Under the pieces are notes generated by a model, which was not told the origin of the DNA, searched no databases, and saw only the letters and a list, made by a program, of their open reading frames with translations. This document shows, piece after piece, positions 10,114-18,724 of a stretch of DNA of 59,238 nt; position 1 is the stretch's first letter; each line of letters begins with the position of its first letter. This stretch comes from Sphingobacteriaceae bacterium. Its GTDB lineage: Bacteria > Bacteroidota > Bacteroidia > B-17B0 > Aurantibacillaceae. The stretch spans positions 1-59,238 of the forward strand of contig CANGWA010000001.1 of the NCBI GenBank assembly GCA_947457335.1. Reading direction: 5' to 3'. Position numbers and translations under genes: made by a program.

Positions 10114-11061
10114 TTAATAAAACAACGGCGGGTTCAATTGCAATTGTAGCACTGGTCGTGCTTTACGCAACCGCTGGTTGGGCAACCACAAAAACGGATG
10201 CCCCGCTGCATCCACCATGGGCACATGGCAATTGGGATTGTGCCATCCCCGCGGCAAAAACACCATGTCGTGCATGAATTTATTCTGAACTGCATTTCTG
10301 ATGCGCTCAGCATCCACCCCCACATCCATTTGTACCCCATTGCCCAAGGGGGCCGCATACCCTGCAAATGCCGACAACCAACCCACCGAGTACTGCGTGT
10401 GTTTTCCATTCACCGTGTCTTGATAACAGCCTGCACGCACCGAAGGGTGATCAATGGGCTTGCGCCAACCGTACTTGCCTGTCCACAATACACACTTCAC
10501 ACCAGCTACCCAATACGCATCGGCTTGCCAACGCACTTGTATTGCCGCCGTACGAAACCGGTCCATGGCTGGTCGTCCCAATAAATCGTTTTCACTCATC
10601 ACCTGCAACCGTCCAGCACTAATGCCCACCACGCCGGTTGGTTGCGACGTGCCAATTTTATCGAGGTACCATTGGTAAGCGTAACCAAAACTGTAAAACC
10701 GGTTGGTGTAATTGGCCAACGACGACTGTAGCGGCACTACCGAATAGTTGGTAACGCCTCCCCAACCCACCGTGAGTCCTTGCGAAAGCTGAACTTCTGG
10801 TGTGCTGAAGCCTGTGCCCAATTGACGCCACGCATAGTAAAACGTCAGCGCTGTATTGCTTTGTAAAAAGTGGTACTGGTACTGACATCCTACTTTCACT
10901 CCCAAACGCACGTGGTGCGTGCCAACTGCCCCGGTAAGTCCAACGAACAGCCGCGTGTTCGTGTTCACACCGTATTCCTGTGCGTGCAACGACACATGAC
11001 ACAGGCTAAAACACAAAAGTATCCTAGGCCAGTTTTTCAATGATGTGTTGAACAATGGCAT
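10114..11061 (-). CDS. Exported beta-rich protein with Ntox23-like / LpxR-like END-D-R motif
   Basis: Signal peptide (ILLCFSLCHVSLHAQ), alternating beta-strand pattern, ENDLLG...DRFRT and R..VQN..H motifs, C-terminal aromatic residue. Start moved to ATG 11061. Confidence 0.6.
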   Translation of the reverse strand: MPLFNTSLKNWPRILLCFSLCHVSLHAQEYGVNTNTRLFVGLTGAVGTHHVRLGVKVGCQYQYHFLQSNTALTFYYAWRQLGTGFSTPEVQLSQGLTVGWGGVTNYSVVPLQSSLANYTNRFYSFGYAYQWYLDKIGTSQPTGVVGISAGRLQVMSENDLLGRPAMDRFRTAAIQVRWQADAYWVAGVKCVLWTGKYGWRKPIDHPSVRAGCYQDTVNGKHTQYSVGWLSAFAGYAAPLGNGVQMDVGVDAERIRNAVQNKFMHDMVFLPRGWHNPNCHVPMVDAAGHPFLWLPNQRLRKARPVLQLQLNPPLFY

Positions 11062-11539
11062 CCACCGCGCCATCGCTTTGAATGTGAATGGGAGCGCGAT
11101 CGTACCAAGCACGGCGTTGTTGCAAGGTGCGTTGTAAATAAGCTTCGAGTTCGTCATCGCTTAGCGCCGCCACTAGCGGGCGTTCGTTGCTGTCGTGTTT
11201 CAAACGGTGTGCCAACGTGGCCGCAGACACGTCGAGAAAAATAACTTTAGCATCTTTTAATAAGGCTTGCGCAGCTTCGTTGCAAAAGGCACCGCCGCCA
11301 AGGGCAACCACGGTATTGGTAAAGGATTGCAATTCAACCAACGCCTTGAGCTCCATGTCGCGGAAAGCGGGTTCGCCTTGTTCGGCAAAAATTTCGGGGA
11401 TGGTCGTCTTGTGTTTTTGCTCGATGTAAGCATCCAGGTCCACAAAGCGAGCACCAAGCCGGTGTGCGAGCAGTTGACCGGTGGTGGTTTTGCCGCTGGC
11501 CATGAAGCCGGTTAAATACAAGTTACCTGATAGCGGCAT
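11024..11539 (-). CDS. aroK: Shikimate kinase
   Basis: GFMASGKTT P-loop, DLD, GEPAFRDME, ALGGG, RPL. Confidence 0.95.
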   Translation of the reverse strand: MPLSGNLYLTGFMASGKTTTGQLLAHRLGARFVDLDAYIEQKHKTTIPEIFAEQGEPAFRDMELKALVELQSFTNTVVALGGGAFCNEAAQALLKDAKVIFLDVSAATLAHRLKHDSNERPLVAALSDDELEAYLQRTLQQRRAWYDRAPIHIQSDGAVDAIVQHIIEKLA

Positions 11540-11548
11540 TTAAACTAT

Positions 11549-12073
11549 TTAATTGAGTTCAATGGTGTAATTCACGTTGAACAAGTGGCTCTCGCCAATG
11601 TTTTTAAAGCTGCACCCGCACAAACCGTCGCGCAACACAAGGTCCACCAAGCCTGGATTTTTAATCATCGGGTCATTGTATCGGCCATCGCGCGCTTTCA
11701 CCAATTGTAAATCAGAAATTTCACGGGTGCGCAAGTACTCGAGCTGCGTGTTGATGGCATTCTTTTGTGATTCACTGATGACATTCACACAATCAATCTT
11801 GTACGCATTATCGGTTCTTGAAACAGCCAGCAGTGACTTGTAATGGGTACGTGTATCGTCGGGATACAAGTTATGCAACGTGCCATGCTCTACACATTCA
11901 AGAATGGCATCGCGCACATGGCTAATCGTGGCTGTAGATTCTTTGTTTGCAGTCATTCGGCTTTCAGTAATTTCTAGCACGCGGTTGAGCACACTCTCAT
12001 CAATGAAACCGTAATAACTAAACACCACGTTGTTCTGGTACAGATTTTCGATGAGCGCGTCGAGACTGTTCAT
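11549..12073 (-). CDS. SiaB/DUF6272-like protein (degenerate GHKL-type kinase)
   Basis: VFSYYGFI...VL...E, ILEC.EH...H and GLVDLV.R.G segments resemble SiaB-family proteins, but the N-box and G-box are altered. Confidence 0.5.
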   Translation of the reverse strand: MNSLDALIENLYQNNVVFSYYGFIDESVLNRVLEITESRMTANKESTATISHVRDAILECVEHGTLHNLYPDDTRTHYKSLLAVSRTDNAYKIDCVNVISESQKNAINTQLEYLRTREISDLQLVKARDGRYNDPMIKNPGLVDLVLRDGLCGCSFKNIGESHLFNVNYTIELN

Positions 12074-12119
12074 GGGAGGTGGTTTTTAGGTGAATACCAA
12101 CTAGTTACCGTAAAGGTAA

Positions 12120-13100
12120 TTATTTTTGTGACATGGCAAATTCTTTGGCAAAATAGGTCAGTATCACCGAAGCACCGGCGCGTTTCATGCTTAACAAGAT
12201 TTCGTCGCGCACACGGTCGCCATCAATCCACCCTTTAGCAGCGGCGGCTTTTACCATGGCGTATTCGCCACTCACGTTGTACGCAGCAATAGGCAAGGCA
12301 CTATAGTCGTGTAACGCAGCAATCACATCGAGGTAACTCAAGGCGGGTTTTACCATTAAAAAATCGGCGCCTTCTTGTTCATCAAGAGCGGCTTCAATCA
12401 GGGCTTCACGGCCGTTGGCCGGGTCCATTTGGTAGGTCTTTTTATCGCCGTGTTTAGGGGCACTCGAGAGGGCATCGCGAAAGGGACCATAAAACGCACT
12501 GGCATACTTGGCCGTGTAGCTCATAATGCTCACGTGGGTAAAGCCTGCCTCATCCAAAGCCGTGCGAATTGCTCCTACGCGACCGTCCATCATGTCACTC
12601 GGACCAATAATATCGGCCCCCGCTTCGGCCTGCAGCACCGCCATTTTCGCCAGCAAGTCTACGGTTTCATCGTTAATAATTTCGCCGTTGCGCACCAGTC
12701 CGTCGTGGCCCTCGCTGCTATACGGGTCGAGCGCCACATCGGTCATAATCACCGCTTCGGGGAAACGTTGCTTAATGGCCCGCAAGGCCGATGGGTAGAG
12801 GCCATCCGGACGAAGTCCTTCGGTAGCCGTCGCATCTTTTTGTGATTCAGGAATATTCGGAAAAATATCAAACGCCTTTATGCCCAGGTGCATGCACGAC
12901 TCAATTTCTTTCAGCATCAGGTCCAGGCTCAGGCGGTAAATCCCTGGCATGGACCCCACCTCCGACTGGTTATTCGTACCCGGATTGAGAAACATCGGAA
13001 AAATCAAGTCGTTAACCGTCACATGGTTTTCGCGCACCAGCGAGCGAATCACTTCGTTTTTGCGGTTGCGGCGCGGACGTTGAGAAAGGTGTAAAGCCAT
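12120..13100 (-). CDS. hemB: Porphobilinogen synthase (ALA dehydratase), Mg-type
   Basis: RPRRNR, DVALDPYSSEGHDG, PSDMMDGR, SAFYGPFRDA, MVKPAL and AYNVSGEY motifs; start ATG 13100. Confidence 0.97.
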   Translation of the reverse strand: MALHLSQRPRRNRKNEVIRSLVRENHVTVNDLIFPMFLNPGTNNQSEVGSMPGIYRLSLDLMLKEIESCMHLGIKAFDIFPNIPESQKDATATEGLRPDGLYPSALRAIKQRFPEAVIMTDVALDPYSSEGHDGLVRNGEIINDETVDLLAKMAVLQAEAGADIIGPSDMMDGRVGAIRTALDEAGFTHVSIMSYTAKYASAFYGPFRDALSSAPKHGDKKTYQMDPANGREALIEAALDEQEGADFLMVKPALSYLDVIAALHDYSALPIAAYNVSGEYAMVKAAAAKGWIDGDRVRDEILLSMKRAGASVILTYFAKEFAMSQK

Positions 13101-13104
13101 TCTA

Positions 13105-13112
13105 CAAAAGTA
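13105..13112 (-). promoter_or_regulatory. Bacteroidota -7 promoter box for hemB (probably leaderless)
   Basis: TACTTTTG on the minus strand, ending 4 bp before the ATG. Confidence 0.6.
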
Positions 13113-13123
13113 GTAAAAAGTAT

Positions 13124-13170
13124 TTGGGCGCCCCCGAAGTACTGAGGGAGGCCGTATCAATCCCTAGCGC
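13124..13170 (-). repeat. Collapsed remnant of the long hairpin element family
   Basis: TTGGGCGCCC...TCAATCCCTAGCGC. The ends match those of copy 2 (GGCGCCCAA) and copy 3 (TCAATCCCTGGCGC); the central stem is missing. Confidence 0.45.
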
Positions 13171-13295
13171 ACATCAGGCAGTCGAAAAAGACTAATCAGA
13201 ACAATCAGACTTCTCACAAGCAAGAAACGATAAGGGTGGTGAAAAAAGCCCATCTACCAAATAAAAATCCTCACCAAAAGGCAAGGATTCAACGA

Positions 13296-13338
13296 GTGCT
13301 CCCACTTGGGCTTCCCGCAGCTTCGTGCGGGACCCAAG
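13296..13338 (-). repeat. Duplicated tRNA 3' end (T-arm + acceptor) with a hairpin inserted in the T-loop
   Basis: GTGCTCCCACTTGGGCT occurs at both 13296-13312 and 13353-13369. The minus-strand copy reads CTTGG-GTCCCGCACGAAGCTGCGGGA-AGCCCAAGTGGGAGCAC. Confidence 0.8.
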
Positions 13339-13353
13339 TAATTCACTTGTATG

Positions 13354-13427
13354 TGCTCCCACTTGGGCTCGAACCAAGGACCCTCAGATTATGAGTCTGA
13401 TGCTCTAACCGGCTGAGCTATAGGAGC
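13354..13427 (-). tRNA. tRNA with CAT anticodon, probably tRNA-Ile2 (lysidine); tRNA-Met possible
   Basis: Cloverleaf GCTCCTA-TA-GCTC/GAGC-A-TCAGA-CTCATAA-TCTGA-GGGTC-CTTGG-TTCGAGC-CCAAG-TGGGAGC-A. C4-G69 and C5-G68 pairs (TilS determinants) favour Ile2. CCA is not encoded. Confidence 0.93.
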
Positions 13428-13720
13428 AGCGGTTATTGGATGGCGAAGGTAGTAAAAACTCAGGTTGTGGCAAAGCAAAAAATTAATTGACGAATCAAGT
13501 AATAACAAATCAAAGAATCTACGTTTTTCAAGTATATCCCAATTGAGTCTAATTGATTTCGTTTTTGGTTAATAATTTGCCAGTTGTTGACAAAATATTC
13601 GACAAAAGAGCCCTAAATTTATCTTGAATGGCGCTAGAAACAAAAATACTTTACGCTTTCACCTCCATTCTCTATCAAAAAACACCAGCCCTAACCTAAG
13701 CGCAAGATAAACAAATACTC

Positions 13721-14059
13721 ATGAATGAATTAAATGAAATAATTGAGGCTTTAGTGAAATTTAGAGACGATAGAGATTGGTCTCAATTTCATGATTCAAA
13801 AAATCTAGCGGTTGCTTTGTCTATTGAAGCTGCAGAATTAAACGAACTTTTCCTTTGGAAAGATATAAGAGAAAGCGAAAAAGTGGATAATGAAAAAATT
13901 AAAGAGGAACTTGCTGATATTTTTGCTTATGCCTTCCTAATGGCTGAAAAACATAAACTGGATATTAAACAGATTATATTGGAAAAAATAAAGAAGAATA
14001 GCGAAAAATATCCAGTACATAAATCTAAAGGATCTGCAAAAAAATATAACGAGCTATAA
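13721..14059 (+). CDS. MazG-like all-alpha dNTP pyrophosphatase (DCTPP1/RS21-C6 type)
   Basis: FRDDRDWSQFH..KNLA.AL..EAAEL.E.F.W...EELADI...K..KN..KYP signature. Confidence 0.9.
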   Translation: MNELNEIIEALVKFRDDRDWSQFHDSKNLAVALSIEAAELNELFLWKDIRESEKVDNEKIKEELADIFAYAFLMAEKHKLDIKQIILEKIKKNSEKYPVHKSKGSAKKYNEL

Positions 14060-14063
14060 ATTT

Positions 14064-15920
14064 ATGATTATATACCAAGAATCGAAATTAACTTTTATGT
14101 CGCATGTGCGGGAAAGTAAAATCGATTATATCATTCATGATAATTTTCAAAAACAATTAGGTAGATCCACAGGTAAACGTGAAATTGAGTCATGGAAGAA
14201 TTCAATGCAGTACATGCGAAATGTTTTAGATGACCCCGAAATACCTAATGATGCGAGAATTAGTATTGAATGTCAAGTTCCCAATACTAGTAAACGTATT
14301 GACTTTATTATAACGGGTCAAAATGATAAAAAGCAAGATTGCGCTGTCATTGTTGAATTGAAACAATGGGAGTCCGCTACAATTACTGCTATGGATGGAG
14401 TGGTTAAAACATACGTAGGTGGGGGAATTCGAGATGTTAGCCACCCTAGTTACCAGGCATGGAGTTACGCTGCATTATTAGAGGGATTCAATGAAGAGGT
14501 TTATCAGCAGAATATCACATTAAAACCATGCGCATTTCTTCACAATTGCGAAATCCCAGGAGATTTAGTATCTAACTTTTATTTGCCACACTTGGAGAAG
14601 GCTCCATTATTCATCAAGAATGATGTAATGAAGTTAGCTGATTTTATAAAGTCCTATGTAAAGTTCGGCGATCCAACGAACATAATGTACCGAATTGAAC
14701 ATGGAAAAATTCGACCATCGAAGACGATTGCAGAAAGCATTACTAAGATGATTAATGGTAATGAAGAGTTTGTGATGATCGATGATCAAAAGGTTGTGTT
14801 TGAGTTTGCTAATTATTTAGTTAACTCTTCAACTGCAGAAAAGAAAAATGTATTGATTGTTCGTGGCGGACCTGGAACAGGAAAATCTGTTGTAGCAATT
14901 CAATTGACGGCTAAATTAACAGCTGATCAAAAGCTAGTTCAATATGTGAGTAAAAATAGTGCACCGCGTGATGTATATGCTAGTAAACTTACAGGTTATC
15001 GAACTAAATCTTGGGTGAATAATTTATTCAAAGGCTCTGGATCATACATCAATTCAACAAATGGAGCGTTTGATGCATTAATTGTAGATGAAGCCCACAG
15101 ATTAAATGAAAAAAGCGGAATGTTTTCAAATTTGGGTGAGAATCAAATCAAAGAGATTATTGATGCGGCGAAATGTTCAATATTTTTTGTTGATGAAGAT
15201 CAACGTGTAACAATGAAAGACATTGGCTCAAAACAAGAAATAGAATTTTGGGCAAAACGTGCTGGGGCAAAAGTTCATTATATGGAGTTAGAGAGTCAAT
15301 TTAGATGCAATGGAAGTGATGGATATTTGGCTTGGCTTGATTATTTATTATTTAACAGAACAACAGCTCATACCAATGTTAGTGAATTGAATTACAATTT
15401 TGAGGTAGTGAATAATCCAAATGAATTGTATAAACGCATTATTATCTACAATGAAGAAAGAAATAAAGCTAGGATCGTAGCTGGATATTGTTGGCCCTGG
15501 AACTCAAAAAAAGACAAAAAGGCTATGGATATTATTATACCCGAAAACAATTTTGGCATGCAATGGAATTTAGCCCAAGATGGAATGCTTTGGATTATAA
15601 GCCCCGAGTCAGTAAATCAAATAGGTTGTATTCATACTTGTCAAGGTTTAGAAGTCGATTACATTGGAGTAATTATTGGCCCCGATTTAGTTATTAGAGA
15701 AGGCAAGTGGATTTGTCGCCCTGAGCATAGGGCAAGCAGTGACAAAAGTGTTCACGGACTTAAATCATTACTAAAGAGAGATCCTGACAAAGGGAAAGAA
15801 ATGGCTGAATTAATCATTAAAAACACATACCGAACATTAATGACACGCGGCATGAAAGGATGTTTGGTTTACAGTAGTGACAAAGAGACTAGAGAATGGT
15901 TAACTAACTTGATAAACTGA
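14064..15920 (+). CDS. DUF2075-type protein: N-terminal PD-(D/E)XK nuclease-like domain plus SF1 (Schlafen group 3-like) helicase
   Basis: IE...RIDF...IVELKQW; Walker A GGPGTGKS; Walker B LIVDEAHRL; QFRCNGS; IHTCQGLE; YRTLMTRG. Confidence 0.85.
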   Translation: MIIYQESKLTFMSHVRESKIDYIIHDNFQKQLGRSTGKREIESWKNSMQYMRNVLDDPEIPNDARISIECQVPNTSKRIDFIITGQNDKKQDCAVIVELKQWESATITAMDGVVKTYVGGGIRDVSHPSYQAWSYAALLEGFNEEVYQQNITLKPCAFLHNCEIPGDLVSNFYLPHLEKAPLFIKNDVMKLADFIKSYVKFGDPTNIMYRIEHGKIRPSKTIAESITKMINGNEEFVMIDDQKVVFEFANYLVNSSTAEKKNVLIVRGGPGTGKSVVAIQLTAKLTADQKLVQYVSKNSAPRDVYASKLTGYRTKSWVNNLFKGSGSYINSTNGAFDALIVDEAHRLNEKSGMFSNLGENQIKEIIDAAKCSIFFVDEDQRVTMKDIGSKQEIEFWAKRAGAKVHYMELESQFRCNGSDGYLAWLDYLLFNRTTAHTNVSELNYNFEVVNNPNELYKRIIIYNEERNKARIVAGYCWPWNSKKDKKAMDIIIPENNFGMQWNLAQDGMLWIISPESVNQIGCIHTCQGLEVDYIGVIIGPDLVIREGKWICRPEHRASSDKSVHGLKSLLKRDPDKGKEMAELIIKNTYRTLMTRGMKGCLVYSSDKETREWLTNLIN

Positions 15921-16879
15921 TGAAAGGCATTTCCAATTATATATTGGCTTTCAAAAAACTCAAACGAGCGCATCAGCACGGAGGCGCTCCTCATAAACCA
16001 ATATTGTTATTGTCATTACTTGAGGGCGTTGCGAGAGGCGAGATTACATCCAATAAAATTTTCATCACACCTGAATTAATTCTTTGCTTCAAGGAATTGT
16101 GGTCTAAATTAGTTCACTCGCCACATCAACTCAACTTTGCGCTTCCATTCTTTCACATGCAATCAGAATCTTTCTGGAAATTAAAGTGCAAAGAAGGGCA
16201 GGCCTTTGCCTTAACCTCTTCAAATAGTATAAAAAGTCTGACTGCGTTAAACGACGCATTGGCATATGCTGAAATCGATGAAGTCTTGTTTATCATGATG
16301 TGCGACCCTATAGCGAACGGTGTTTTAAGAAAGACATTACTACAACGCTATTTTCCATCTGCTAACGAGGTAACGACCGACTACAGTTTACTAAGAACGA
16401 TTGAAAACCAGATTTTACATGAAGACCAAAAGCAGTACAAATCAAATATTGAGGCTTTACACGAGAAATTAAGTCAAGAGGAGATTGAGGAAGATCTTTT
16501 TGTAAGGGGAAGTATTTTTAAAAGGGAAGTTCCTAAAATGTACAATTATACCTGTGCCATATCGGGTATGCGCATCGTCTCTGTTTCAAATACACAAATG
16601 GTGGACGCCTGTCACATCAAACCTTTTGCTGAATCCAAGGATGACACGCTAGGAAATGGCATTTCTTTAAGCCCGAATTTTCACCGCGCTTTTGATAGAG
16701 GTCTTATTACTATTAGCAATGATTACAAGGTGATTGTGTCTGAACACTTGGTTGAAAATCAAACGCCCTATTCGCTCTCGCAATTCAATGGTCAACCAAT
16801 CTTGTTACCTGAAAACAAAAGCAACTATCCGCATATTGACAGCCTTGAATGGCATAGAATCAATCGGTTTTTAAAGTAA
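15920..16879 (+). CDS. HNH restriction endonuclease with N-terminal SBD-like (modification-reader) domain
   Basis: N-terminal APHKPILLLSLL and LPFFHM...FW; C-terminal YNYTCAISG...ACHIKPF...NGISLSPNFHRAFDRGLI (HNH_2). TGATG overlap with the upstream gene. Confidence 0.85.
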   Translation: MKGISNYILAFKKLKRAHQHGGAPHKPILLLSLLEGVARGEITSNKIFITPELILCFKELWSKLVHSPHQLNFALPFFHMQSESFWKLKCKEGQAFALTSSNSIKSLTALNDALAYAEIDEVLFIMMCDPIANGVLRKTLLQRYFPSANEVTTDYSLLRTIENQILHEDQKQYKSNIEALHEKLSQEEIEEDLFVRGSIFKREVPKMYNYTCAISGMRIVSVSNTQMVDACHIKPFAESKDDTLGNGISLSPNFHRAFDRGLITISNDYKVIVSEHLVENQTPYSLSQFNGQPILLPENKSNYPHIDSLEWHRINRFLK

Positions 16880-16945
16880 ACGTCTGGGTCATCGCCCCTG
16901 ACAACCCCATTCAAGTCATTCTTCGTTCCCCACTCACGTCTCCCC

Positions 16946-17090
16946 GCGCCCCCGATTGTAGCGGAAAGCCTTGCAGAGACCATTGCTGGTGCTTGTTAGT
17001 TGAGGAGGCGACCGGAGGGAGCCACCGCAAACTTACAAGCACCGCAAAGGGACTGCAAGCTTGAAGCGAAAAGCGGGTTAAGGCGCCCAA
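16946..17090 (+). repeat. Long intergenic imperfect hairpin element, copy 2
   Basis: GCGCC-CCCGATTGTAGCGGAAA...CTTGCAG...GCGACCGGAGGGAGC...CTGCAAG...GAAGCGAAAAGCGGG-TTAA-GGCGC. Confidence 0.7.
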
Positions 17091-17137
17091 ATTCCACCAA
17101 AAACCCCTAAATTCGTACTCTTATTCTTACCCCCCTT

Positions 17138-18673
17138 ATGTCACAACACTTGAGCGAACAGGAGATTTTACGCCGTCAGAAATTACAACAACTGCGCGAC
17201 CTTGGCATCAACCCCTACCCACCGGAGGAATTCCCAGTAAATGCTACCGCCGCCGATATCAAGGAAAACTACGAACGCGATAAAATCAACTACAAGGACA
17301 TTCGCATCGCTGGCCGCATCATGAGCATCCGCGATATGGGGAAGGCTTGCTTCGCCGTGATTCAAGATGCTACCGGCCGCCTACAAGTGTACGTGCGCCG
17401 CGATGACATCTGTCCGGGTGAGGACAAATCACTCTACGACACGGTATGGAAAAAAATGCTCGACATCGGCGACATCATTGGCCTGCAAGGCTACGTGTTC
17501 ACGACTAAAACGGGGGAGATCTCACTACACGTGACCGAACTTAAATTGCTCAGCAAGGCACTGCGCCCTCTACCCATCGTTAAAACCGATGAAGAGGGCA
17601 ATAGCTTCGACGAGGTGAGCGACCCTGAATTCCGCTACCGCCAACGGTATGTAGACCTTATCATCAACCCCCACGTGCGCGATACGTTTATCAAACGCAC
17701 GCAAATCATGACGAGCATTCGTCAGACGTTGAACAACGCGGGACTGCTTGAAGTGGAAACACCGGTGTTACAAAGCATTCCGGGTGGGGCAACGGCCCGT
17801 CCGTTTATCACGCACCACAACGCCCTCAACATTCCGCTTTATTTGCGCATTGCCAACGAGCTCTACCTCAAACGCCTAATCGTGGGCGGCTTTGAAGGGG
17901 TGTATGAGTTCGCCAAAGATTTCCGTAACGAGGGCATGGACCGCACCCACAACCCTGAATTCACGGTTCTCGAATTCTACGTGGCCTACAAGGACTATAA
18001 CTGGATGATGAACTTCTCTGAGAAATTACTCGAGAAAGTAGTGACCGATTTGTACGGCACCACCGAAGTGCAATGCGGCGATAAAACCATTGATTTTAAA
18101 GCGCCTTTCAAACGCGTAACCATGTACGAAGCCATTCAAGAACACACGGGCTTTGATGTGAGCGGCATGGACGAAGCAGGCCTGCGCGAAGTGTGCCATA
18201 AATTAGGCATCCACGTAGATGCTCACATGGGCAAGGGCAAGTTGATTGACGAGATTTTCGGCGAGAAATGCGAAGGGCATTACATACAACCAACGTTTAT
18301 TACCGATTACCCGGTAGAGATGAGTCCGCTGACCAAGAAACACCGCACTGCTGAAGGCCTCGTTGAGCGCTTCGAACTCATGGTGAACGGTAAGGAAATT
18401 GCCAACGCCTACACCGAGCTCAACGACCCACTCGATCAACGCGAACGTTTTGAAGACCAATTGAAATTGCAAGAACGTGGCGACGATGAGGCCATGTTTA
18501 TTGACCACGACTTTTTACGTGCTCTTGAATACGGTATGCCGCCTACAGCGGGCATTGGCATTGGTATTGACCGCCTCACCATGCTGTTGACCAATAACGC
18601 CGCTATTCAGGAAGTGTTGTTCTTCCCACAAATGCGTCCAGAGGTCACCTCATCTGCTCAATCGGAAGAATAA
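17138..18673 (+). CDS. lysS: Lysine--tRNA ligase (class II)
   Basis: RYRQRYVDL, GGATARPF, FRNEG...HNPEF and GMPPTAGIGIGIDRL motifs. Confidence 0.98.
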   Translation: MSQHLSEQEILRRQKLQQLRDLGINPYPPEEFPVNATAADIKENYERDKINYKDIRIAGRIMSIRDMGKACFAVIQDATGRLQVYVRRDDICPGEDKSLYDTVWKKMLDIGDIIGLQGYVFTTKTGEISLHVTELKLLSKALRPLPIVKTDEEGNSFDEVSDPEFRYRQRYVDLIINPHVRDTFIKRTQIMTSIRQTLNNAGLLEVETPVLQSIPGGATARPFITHHNALNIPLYLRIANELYLKRLIVGGFEGVYEFAKDFRNEGMDRTHNPEFTVLEFYVAYKDYNWMMNFSEKLLEKVVTDLYGTTEVQCGDKTIDFKAPFKRVTMYEAIQEHTGFDVSGMDEAGLREVCHKLGIHVDAHMGKGKLIDEIFGEKCEGHYIQPTFITDYPVEMSPLTKKHRTAEGLVERFELMVNGKEIANAYTELNDPLDQRERFEDQLKLQERGDDEAMFIDHDFLRALEYGMPPTAGIGIGIDRLTMLLTNNAAIQEVLFFPQMRPEVTSSAQSEE

Positions 18674-18724
18674 TTCAATAAACGGCACTTTTATTTATCG
18701 GCGATTTGCTTATTTTTATCGGAC

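Larger units (their letters stand above)
13430..16945. mobile_element. AT-rich accessory islet (no integrase visible)
   Basis: Spot counts: 19/60 G+C at 13741-13800 versus 31/60 in lysS at 17221-17280. Lies between a tRNA and lysS and carries three defence-type genes. Confidence 0.7.

Noticed and set aside
13296-16945. The 17-bp tRNA repeat as attL/attR bounding the defence islet
   Set aside because: Both copies lie on the hemB side of the islet, 57 bp apart, so they do not flank it.
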